Assembly (NCBI GenBank): GCA_029269845.2
Contig: CP149973.1
Coordinates: 1,140,001 to 1,172,000, forward strand
Reading direction: 5' to 3'
Length of the DNA stretch: 32,000 nucleotides
DNA from: Opitutia bacterium KCR 482
Lineage (GTDB): Bacteria; Verrucomicrobiota; Verrucomicrobiia; Opitutales; Intestinicryptomonadaceae
Shown here: piece by piece, positions 7,763 through 16,100 of the stretch
How positions within the stretch are numbered: the stretch's first letter is position 1
Layout: each line of letters opens with the position of its first letter
Made by a program: the position numbers and the translations under genes
The notes under the pieces: model-generated
Databases searched by the model: none
The model's input: the letters and a program-made list of their open reading frames with translations, nothing else
What the model was told of the DNA's origin: nothing

Positions 7763-10044
7763 ACACCGAAAACATATCGGAGAAACTTAAAAATCTGATG
7801 CGCGGCAAAAACTATGTGCCGAGCACCGCGCACGAAATCGCGCTCGAACTCGGGCTGGGGCGCAAGGACGTTTTGAAGCTCAAAAACCTGCTCGCCGGCA
7901 TGTCCAAAAACGGCGAAATCGCGCGGGTCAAGGGCGACAGGTACGGCGCGCTCGAAGAGCTTGACCTCGCGAGCGGGACGATTGAATTCCGGCCGAGCGG
8001 ACGCGCCCACATGCGCATGCCCGACGGCACAAGCGTTGAATTCAAGCCCGAAGACACGGGAGTCGCCCTCGACGGCGACAAAATCCTCGCGCGGATAATC
8101 CCCAGCGGACGCGGACGCTTCGGCAACGCGCGCGGGGCGTTCGGGAAGAGGCGCAAGCCCGACTTCAAGGGCGACGACGGCAAAAAATACGCGCGGGTCG
8201 TAAGGATTCTCGAACGCAAGACATACAAAGTGGTGGGCACGCTCCGCCGCTCGTACAACTTCTGGCACGTCGTCCCAGACGACCCCAAATTCTTCTACGA
8301 CGTCATCGTCGCCGACCCGAAAAAATCGGGAATCTCGCCCGTCCCCGCCGAGAACGACAAAGTCGTCGTGCGGCTAAACGAATGGACACAGCGGCACATA
8401 AACCCGTCGGGCGAAATAATAGAGTCGCTCGGAGAGAGCCACACGCCGATGGCCGAGTACCGCGCAATTATCGTAAAATACGACCTTTCGGAGACATTCC
8501 CCGACAACGTGCTCGCGGAAGTCGCAAAAGTTCCTCAAAAAGTTTCGCCGAAGGAACGCGCGGGCAGATGCGACATGCGCGGAAAATTCACAATCACAAT
8601 CGATCCGGAAGACGCAAAGGATTTCGACGACGCAATCTCGCTCGAACGCGTCGGCAACGACTGGGAAGTCGGCGTGCACATCGCGGACGTGTCGCACTAC
8701 GTCAGGAAAAACTCCGCGCTCGACAAGGAGGCGGAGGCGCGGGGGAACTCCACATACCTCGTGGGAACGGTAATCCCAATGCTTCCGTTCGAGCTTTCCA
8801 ACGGAATTTGCAGTCTGGTTGAGGACGAGGACAGGCTTGCGAAAAGCGTGTTCATGAAATTCGGCAAAAACGGCGAATGCAAAAGCGCGCGCTTTGCGAA
8901 CTCGGTCATCAGAAGCTCTAAACGCCTCAGCTACGAACAGGCGCACGCGCTCATCACGGAGGACGACGACGAAAAAATCCTCGCCGTCAAGCCGCCCGAA
9001 AACTACGAAACCGCATTCGGCGGCAAACCCCTCGACGCCCTGCCGCCGAAGGAGTTCGCAAACCTGAAAAAATCGCTGAGAGTTCTGTGGGACATCGCAT
9101 CGAGAATGCGCAAACGCCGCATGGCAAACGGCAGCCTCGACCTCGAAATTCCCGAATTCAAGATTTTCTGCGACAAGGACGGATACGCCGACAGAATCGA
9201 AAAAACCGAATACAACGAGAGCCACCAGCTAATCGAGGAGTTCATGCTCGCGGCAAACGAAGCCGTCGCGCATGAGCTGTTCTCCCGCAAGATTCCGTAC
9301 ATCTCGCGCGTGCACGACAACCCCGACCCCGAAAAACTCGCCGAACTGCGCGACGAGCTTCAAACATTCGGAATCAAATGCGGCGACCTCACAAAACGCC
9401 CCGAAGTGCTAAAAGCGCTCGCCGAAATCGCAAAGCACCAGCAGTCGTACCTGCTAAAAACGAAGTTCCTGCGGAGTCTCAAACGCGCCGAATACCGCGC
9501 GTCGGCGGACGGACACTACGGGCTGAACATGGTCTACTACGCGCACTTCACATCGCCCATCAGGCGATACGCCGACCTCACCGTGCACCGCAACCTCGAC
9601 GCCGTGATAAGGCCGGCGCGGAGCACAATCGCGGGCAGGGAGGAGCTTGGGCGTATTGCCGCGCACATCTCGGAGACCGAACAGAACAGCGCGGACGCCG
9701 AGCGCGAGTCGCGCAAGGTGAAGCTGCTTGAATACTTCGAACGCGCAATAGGCTCGGGAAAGTCGTTCGAAGCGGTGATAACGGCGGTGTCGAACCACGG
9801 ATTTTTCGTGGAGCTTACGGAGTCTTCGGCGTTCGGCTTCGTGCACGTCCACACGATGCACGACGACATCTACCGATTGTCGAACGACGGCACGGAACTG
9901 CGCGGCAGAAGCGGCGGAAACGTCCTGAAAGTGGGCGACAAGGTGCGCGTGGAGGTGGAGTCGGTGGACAGATTCAAACGCCAGATAGACTTCCACATGT
10001 CGGACGCCGCCGCAAAGCCGAAGCGCAAAAAGCGCGGACGCTAA
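7759..10044 (+). CDS. rnr: ribonuclease R
   Basis: The ATG at 7759 is preceded by GGAAGGA and overlaps the upstream stop (ATGA). RNB catalytic domain (DPEDAKDFDDAISL, HIADVSHYV, HYGLNMVYYAHFTSPIRRYADL), C-terminal S1 domain and Lys/Arg-rich tail. Confidence 0.93.
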   Translation: MNTENISEKLKNLMRGKNYVPSTAHEIALELGLGRKDVLKLKNLLAGMSKNGEIARVKGDRYGALEELDLASGTIEFRPSGRAHMRMPDGTSVEFKPEDTGVALDGDKILARIIPSGRGRFGNARGAFGKRRKPDFKGDDGKKYARVVRILERKTYKVVGTLRRSYNFWHVVPDDPKFFYDVIVADPKKSGISPVPAENDKVVVRLNEWTQRHINPSGEIIESLGESHTPMAEYRAIIVKYDLSETFPDNVLAEVAKVPQKVSPKERAGRCDMRGKFTITIDPEDAKDFDDAISLERVGNDWEVGVHIADVSHYVRKNSALDKEAEARGNSTYLVGTVIPMLPFELSNGICSLVEDEDRLAKSVFMKFGKNGECKSARFANSVIRSSKRLSYEQAHALITEDDDEKILAVKPPENYETAFGGKPLDALPPKEFANLKKSLRVLWDIASRMRKRRMANGSLDLEIPEFKIFCDKDGYADRIEKTEYNESHQLIEEFMLAANEAVAHELFSRKIPYISRVHDNPDPEKLAELRDELQTFGIKCGDLTKRPEVLKALAEIAKHQQSYLLKTKFLRSLKRAEYRASADGHYGLNMVYYAHFTSPIRRYADLTVHRNLDAVIRPARSTIAGREELGRIAAHISETEQNSADAERESRKVKLLEYFERAIGSGKSFEAVITAVSNHGFFVELTESSAFGFVHVHTMHDDIYRLSNDGTELRGRSGGNVLKVGDKVRVEVESVDRFKRQIDFHMSDAAAKPKRKKRGR

Positions 10045-10060
10045 CATGCTGCGCCCGAAC

Positions 10061-10087
10061 AAAAAGCCCGCTCCTCGCGGGCTTTTT
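10061..10087 (+). terminator. Rho-independent terminator after rnr
   Basis: AAAAA-GCCCGC (10066-10071), loop TCCTC, GCGGGC (10077-10082), then TTTTT. Confidence 0.75.
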
Positions 10088-10208
10088 GCATTTGGAAACA
10101 CGGACGGCGGCGGAAACGCGCGACGCCAAAAATGCCTCCCCGCCTCAATATTGGATTGACTTTCAGGGCGGTTTGCGGGTATCCTCCAACGCCGTATTAA
10201 TTGTGAGA

Positions 10209-10454
10209 ATGCCCGAAAATTTGATAATTTTTCTCGCCATGTGCGGTACGGTTCTTTGGTCGCTGTACCGCGCCTATCCGTATTTTCTCGATGCCGACGA
10301 CGCCCTCGACGCGTTCCAAAGCAAATATGTGTCGGAAAAATACAGCCCCAAGCACTTCGTGAAATGGCGCAGAAAAATGAGGATTGCCTGGGGGCTTGCA
10401 GTCGCCGTGTTCGCGGCGATAACCGTTGCGTTCTGCGCGCTGGGAATGCGCTGA
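10209..10454 (+). CDS. hypothetical small membrane protein (2 predicted TM helices)
   Basis: 81 aa from the ATG at 10209 (MPENLIIFLAMCGTVLWSLY...IAWGLAVAVFAAITVAFCAL). The longer TTG-initiated ORF from 10086 would start inside the rnr terminator. No family recognised. Confidence 0.45.
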   Translation: MPENLIIFLAMCGTVLWSLYRAYPYFLDADDALDAFQSKYVSEKYSPKHFVKWRRKMRIAWGLAVAVFAAITVAFCALGMR

Positions 10455-10455
10455 G

Positions 10456-10980
10456 CTACTTTGCCGCCATGATGTCGGGAACGTTCCGCCCCAAGCCTCC
10501 GACGTCCAAGCCGTAGCCGTAAACAAAAACGTCGTCCACCGAAAAGCCGACAAAATCGCCCGACACTTTTTTGGAAACGCCCGTGCGCTTGTCGAGCAGA
10601 AAGCAGCCCCTTACCGACGCCGCGCCCGCGCGCAAAAGCATTCCGGAAACGGTCTCGTATGTGTGCCCCGTGTCGAGAATGTCGTCAATCAGAAGCACGT
10701 CCGCTCCCGCGACGTCGGGAAGCCCGCCGACAACCCTCGGCTCGTGAAGCGGCGTGCGCCCGTCGCCGTACGACGACACTTTAAGCGAATGAATGCGCAT
10801 GCTTTTGCAGGCGATTTTCCGCGTGAGGTCGGCGGCGAAATACACCGCGCCCTCCGCGAGCCACACAACCACAAGCGAGACACCGCGCGAGGCAACCCAC
10901 GCCGAAATTTCCGCGCCAAGCTCTTCCACGCGCCGCGCGATTTCCGCGCCGCCAATCAAAACCGTATCATTGTCGAACAT
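10456..10980 (-). CDS. hpt: hypoxanthine(-guanine) phosphoribosyltransferase
   Basis: 174 aa. PRPP-binding loop DVLLIDDILDTGHT plus the conserved SSYG and GYGLD blocks. Confidence 0.9.
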   Translation of the reverse strand: MFDNDTVLIGGAEIARRVEELGAEISAWVASRGVSLVVVWLAEGAVYFAADLTRKIACKSMRIHSLKVSSYGDGRTPLHEPRVVGGLPDVAGADVLLIDDILDTGHTYETVSGMLLRAGAASVRGCFLLDKRTGVSKKVSGDFVGFSVDDVFVYGYGLDVGGLGRNVPDIMAAK

Positions 10981-11036
10981 GCCGAACGAATTTGCGCGGC
11001 ATGGGGAAATTCGTCAACGCAATTCGAGCGGCGGAG

Positions 11037-11315
11037 CTATAAAAGCCCCCAATCTTTGAGGTCGCGGGAAAGCTCGCCGGCGTCGAAACGCCTGCCCGCC
11101 CGCCATTTTCCGTCGTATTCGAGGGTCGGTACAACCCAGTCAACACCGCCGTTTGCGTCAACCACGCGCTTCACGACGTCGGGAGGCTGGCGTTCGATGT
11201 CGAGCGCGTCGAACGGAACGCCCTTTTCTTTGAGGAAATCGACAGTCGCCCGACAGTGCGGGCAAATGTCCCAATAGTAGACTTTCAGTTTGGGTTTGTT
11301 CAATTTGAATTTCAT
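11037..11315 (-). CDS. glutaredoxin-like thioredoxin-fold protein (CPHC active site)
   Basis: 92 aa from the ATG at 11315: KVYYWDICPHCRATVDFLKEKGVPFDALDI...VPTLEYDGKW. The upstream in-frame extension to 11534 is basic low-complexity sequence and overlaps the sufS start region. Confidence 0.7.
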   Translation of the reverse strand: MKFKLNKPKLKVYYWDICPHCRATVDFLKEKGVPFDALDIERQPPDVVKRVVDANGGVDWVVPTLEYDGKWRAGRRFDAGELSRDLKDWGLL

Positions 11316-11445
11316 TTCGGAGAAATTGTATCGGCGCGGACGCGGATTTTTTAAGCGGTTTTTGCGCCGCTGAATTTTTCCGACAAGTTCGCGGGGGCGC
11401 ATTTTTTTCTTTGTCATGCGCCGCCGTTGTGCAATCATAAAGGCA

Positions 11446-12669
11446 ATGGAATTTAACGTCAGCAAAATCAGGCGGGACTTCCCCGCGCTCGACCAGACAA
11501 TGCGCGGCGGCGGAAAGCTCGTGTACTTCGACAACGCCGCGACCGCGCAAAAGCCGCGCTCGGTGGTCGATGCCGTCTCAAACTTCTACCTGCGCGACAA
11601 CGCAAATATCCACAGAAGCGCGCACGAACTCAGCGACCGCGCAACAATCGCCTACGAACGCGCAAGGAACAGGGTGCTCGAATTCGCAAACGCGCCCGAC
11701 GGTTTCACCGCAGTGTTCACGCGAGGCACAACGGAGGCGTTGAACATCGTCGCGCAGGCTTGGGGGCAGGAGAATTTGAAGTCGGGCGACGAAATCCTGC
11801 TTACCGAAATGGAGCACCACGCAAACATCGTGCCGTGGCAGATTGCCGCGCAAAAAACGGGCGCGAAAATCGCCGTCGCGAAAATCCTGCCCGACGGCTC
11901 GCTCGACATGGACGACCTCAAACGCAAGGTGTCGGAAAGGACGAAAATCGTATCAGTCGCGCACGCATCGAACGTGCTTGGAACGGTCAACGACATCGCG
12001 GAAATTTCGAAAATCGCAAAAAGCGTCGGGGCGAAATTTTCGGTAGACGCCGCGCAGTCGTCGCCGCACATGCTCGACGACGTCTCGAAGTTCGGCTGCG
12101 ACTTCCTCTCGATGTCCTCGCACAAATGCTTCGGCCCGACGGGCTGCGGCGCGCTTATTGCAAGGCGCGAGCTGCTAGACTCAATGCCTCCCTACCAAAG
12201 CGGAGGCGACATGATTGAAAACGTCGCGTGGAGCGGCACAATTTTCCGCCCCTCCCCCGAACGCTTCGAGGCGGGCACGCCGAACATCGCAGGCGCAATC
12301 GGCTTCGGCGCGGCAATAGACTACATGATGTCGATTGACCGCGAGGGCGCGCATGCCCACGAGCGCAAGCTGCTCGACCGCATGACAGCGCGGCTTTCGG
12401 AAATCGGCGGGGTGCGCATTTTCGGAAACGCGGCGGGCAAAGTTCCCGTGGTGTCGTTCGACTGCATTGGAATCCACCCGAACGACATTTCCGTAATGCT
12501 CGACGCCTCTGGAATCGCGATTAGAACGGGGCATCACTGCGCCGAACCGCTTATGGGAACGCTCGGCGTGGAGGGGCTTGCGCGGGCGTCGCTTGCGTTC
12601 TACAATACGCTCGAAGAGGTGGATTTCTTCGCGGACACGCTCGAACGCGCGGTAAAACTGCTGTCGTAA
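11446..12669 (+). CDS. sufS: cysteine desulfurase, SufS/CsdA group (PLP-dependent)
   Basis: The ATG at 11446 has AAAGG upstream. Motifs: FPALDQ...VYFDNAATAQKP, HHANIVPWQ, SSHKCFGPTGCGAL (PLP Lys), RTGHHCAEPL (catalytic Cys). An alternative ATG lies at 11416. Confidence 0.9.
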   Translation: MEFNVSKIRRDFPALDQTMRGGGKLVYFDNAATAQKPRSVVDAVSNFYLRDNANIHRSAHELSDRATIAYERARNRVLEFANAPDGFTAVFTRGTTEALNIVAQAWGQENLKSGDEILLTEMEHHANIVPWQIAAQKTGAKIAVAKILPDGSLDMDDLKRKVSERTKIVSVAHASNVLGTVNDIAEISKIAKSVGAKFSVDAAQSSPHMLDDVSKFGCDFLSMSSHKCFGPTGCGALIARRELLDSMPPYQSGGDMIENVAWSGTIFRPSPERFEAGTPNIAGAIGFGAAIDYMMSIDREGAHAHERKLLDRMTARLSEIGGVRIFGNAAGKVPVVSFDCIGIHPNDISVMLDASGIAIRTGHHCAEPLMGTLGVEGLARASLAFYNTLEEVDFFADTLERAVKLLS

Positions 12670-12691
12670 ATTCAAACAGTTTTTGACAAAT

Positions 12692-12740
12692 AAAAAAGCA
12701 AACGCCCGATTCCGCATTAAGGAATCGGGCGTTTTTGTTT
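12692..12740. terminator. bidirectional Rho-independent terminator (sufS / giant-protein operon)
   Basis: 11-bp stem CGCCCGATTCC (12703-12713) / GGAATCGGGCG (12721-12731), 7-nt loop, A-run on the left and T-run on the right. It sits between convergent transcription units. Confidence 0.8.
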
Positions 12741-12761
12741 TCGAATCGTAGAGATTCCGAA

Positions 12762-13100
12762 CTAACCCATATAAAAAATCAGGAACGCCGCGTACATGCA
12801 CGCAAGCGCGAGCATTCCCGACACTATCAAAATGTTTGTGGCAACTTTACGCTTCTTCTCGAACTCCGCGTAGGCGCGGAAGTCGAGCTTGTCGCCGCCG
12901 CTTTTTATGAACGCCTCCATTGCGTCGCCGTCCCTGTTGAACCTCAGAAGCGCGGCGCACAGCCCTATAAAGCACGACACTATCGCGGCGGGCACAAGCA
13001 CTTCCGCCGAGAAAAACATCGACACTATGTCAGCCAAATTCGGCGATATGTTTGCGTTCATATTAAGAAAAAAAGGCGGCGGCAGACGCCAACCGCCCAT
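12762..13100 (-). CDS. hypothetical small membrane protein (2 TM helices), downstream of the giant PEP-CTERM gene
   Basis: ORF on the same strand 12 nt after the giant gene stop. Hydrophobic segments VLVPAAIVSCFIGLCAALL and ILIVSGMLALACMYAAFLIFY. The start is uncertain (13100 or the ATG at 13061). No family recognised. Confidence 0.45.
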   Translation of the reverse strand: MGGWRLPPPFFLNMNANISPNLADIVSMFFSAEVLVPAAIVSCFIGLCAALLRFNRDGDAMEAFIKSGGDKLDFRAYAEFEKKRKVATNILIVSGMLALACMYAAFLIFYMG

Positions 13101-13112
13101 TGTTAAACAATT

Positions 13113-16100
13113 CTACTTTCTGCGGCGGTACACAGCCAAGCCCAACGCCAACACGCCGAGAATCGCAGCATAAGTCGAAGGTTCGGGAATCTGCGAGAAC
13201 GCGTATGAACTGAATCCGTCAACCATGATGCTTGCGATTTCGTCGGCATAGTCTATTGCCGTGTCGAGCTTTGTCCAAACGCCGTCCGCGCCCTTGTGCC
13301 ACGCAAGCAGCTTGCTTGCGTCTTCAACCGCGCCGACGTGCGCGCTGAACACTACGGAATATGTGTTGCCGTTGTCGCTCAAATCGACGTCGAACGCCGC
13401 GAGAACGTCGCCCTTAATGCCGCCGAGGTCGGTAGAAGCCTTGATTTCGTTGACTGAGAGAGCCGCTTCGCCAAGCCCCGAAACGTCGAAGTCGAGCGAA
13501 AGCTTGTCGGAAAGTTTCACGCTCTGGACGTCGTTCGCGCCAGTGCCAACCGTGATTGCCGAAGACACGAAAGATTCGCTCTTGCCAGCCGTGAATGTTC
13601 CACCGCTGAGAATGCCGCCGTAAGCCTTGACCGCGCCTTCTTCGCCCGAATAGTTGGAGAGTGCGAATGTCGCGCCGTCGGCAAGCGTTCCGCGTTTGAG
13701 AGAAAGCGTGCCATTGTTCGCGACGGAGGCGTTTTCCAACGCGCCGTTTCCGAGCGCAACGCCGAGAGTAGCTCCGTTTGCAATGCTTACCGACTTCGCG
13801 CCGAGACCGTTATTTGCGTTCATCACGCCAGCGGAAACGATGAGCGATCCTTTGAAGTCAGCCATCGAGCCGTTGACGTTGAGCGAACCCGCGCCGAGTT
13901 TCGATAGCGTCGCCGATTCGACACCCGCGATAGAGTCGCTTGCGCCGCCCGTCGTGCCGATTGTAAGAGTTGCGCCGTCTGCGACGTTGAGCGAAACTTT
14001 CGCCGAAGCCGTGCTGCCCGCTTCGCCGTTGTCCATGTAGAGGAAACCGCCGTTTGTCGCAGTGTTGCCCGAGAATGTAGCAGACTTCGTCGCATTGAGA
14101 GTGAGCGTTTCGCCGCCTACATAAATCGCGCCGCCCAAGCCAGCCGAGTTGTTCGTAAACGCAGCGTCGTTGAGGACAACTTCCGCGCCTGCGCCGAGTG
14201 CTTTACCGCCCTTGAAACGTTTCACAACCGCGAGCGCGCCGCCCTTGCCCATGGAGGCATCGCCAGTATTTTCGGCTGAATTGCCGTCGAAGAGCGTGTC
14301 GGAAATGTTGACGATTTTTGCGGTGTCGCTTTGATTTTCCACATAAACCGCGCCGTTTGTGAGCTTAGAGCCGTTTGAGCCAATCGACTTGTTGCCGATG
14401 AACTGCGAGCCCTTTATATCCAAATTCTGCTTGTACGCAAACACGCCCGACGATTGGACTTGCGTTGCCGAAACAGTGTTGTTTTTCAGCACCGTGTTCA
14501 CAACTTCGCCGCTGCCCGAACCGTTGTAATAGAGTATACCCTGAATTTTCTCGCCGTCGTTGCGGGTTATCGAGTTGTCTTCGATGGTCGTGCCGTCGAG
14601 AGCCATTTTGCCCGCGCCCCAGTGGAGGAATACGCCGTAGGAATTGTTGTTGATTGCGTTGCCCGAGAACGTCGAGTTCTTGAACGTGATATCGAGCGGC
14701 GCACTGCCGAGAACATTCACAAGATATTTTGAATCAATGTTTTTGCCGTCGAGGTTTGTGATGACTTCAAGCGTGCCCTCGCCGCCGAAGCTCATGGGTT
14801 CTGCCATATCGAATTTGAGGTTAGAGACGTTCGAGCCGTTTGTGAGAACTATGCTGTTGATGTTTTTGATTTTTCCGTTGAAGTCGCCGTCCCACTTGTC
14901 GCCGTTTTGCCAACCGCCGAAGGTGAGGATGCGCGTTCCCGCGACCGTGCCGCCGTCCTGACCCGCGCCGTCGACCGTGCCAGTGAAGTTGCTGTTCGAG
15001 ACAAAGCGAATCGACGAATTGCCGATCACCTTGGAATCCGCGCCCTTGCCGCCGCCGTAAATATCGCCCTTGATGTCCGAATTTCCGTAGATTTCAATCT
15101 GCGTGTTGCCTTTGACCGTGTCGTTTTCGCCGCCACCGTAGACGTTGCCTGCAACTGTCGCTCCTTCGTAAGTTTGAACGTGGGTCTGCTTGTTTACAAC
15201 CCCACCGTTTCTGCCACCGCCGTAAATGTCACCATTGATTACGCCTCCGTTGGCGCGCACCGCGGTCATACCCTCGACCGTGCTACCCTGCTGGCCGCCG
15301 CCGTAAACGTTGCCGTTGACTGTGCCGCCGTTGATATTTGTATAGGCGTTGTTCTTAACGACGCCGAACCTGCGGCTCCCGCCAAAGAGATTGCCGTTAA
15401 CTGTGGCGTTGTCGTTGACCGAAAGCCAAGTATCCGTACCGACATAGGGCAAGTTGCCGCGCGTGTCGTTGTTTACACTGTTTGCGCCAGCGAAAACGTC
15501 GCCGTTGACCGTTGCATTCTCGGAAATTTTGATACTTACATGTTCTTTCACAGAACCGTAAGAACCGCCGCCGCCGATAATTGCAACACTTCCGTCGCCA
15601 ACGACCGCATTGCCCTTTACGTTGACGTTGACATTGCCGCCAAGAACCATTTTTTCCTTGGCGATTTCTTCGCTTTCCTGCCTGTTTGTGTTGATTCCGC
15701 CACGAATTTGCCCGACTTTCGAATTGCCGTCAACGGTGATATAAATGTTGCCGTTGATGCCGCCGAATTTTGTTTCGTCCGCCTTATCGTAGGCATAGTT
15801 GGAACCGTAGATTTGATTTACAGTGGCGTCTTTTACACTAATCGTCGTATTGCCGTTGACCGTACCGCCAACGCCGTCCGCGCCGTAAATGTTGCCGACT
15901 TTGCCACCGTTAACTACGATAGTTGTCGCCCCATTGTGGACTCCGTTCAAGCCGCCGTAGATTGCGCCGATTTCGCCCGAATCGACAATAACCTGCGTAT
16001 TGCCCTCGACCGTCGCGCCGTCCGCACCGCCGATTACGAGCGTGCCGATTTTCACGCCGTCCTCAACCTTTGCGCTTATGCCCTTAGCCGTCAACGCGCC

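Noticed and set aside
11316-11534. N-terminal extension of the glutaredoxin-like ORF
   Set aside because: The extension is basic low-complexity sequence that overlaps the sufS start region on the opposite strand. The thioredoxin fold begins right after the ATG at 11315.
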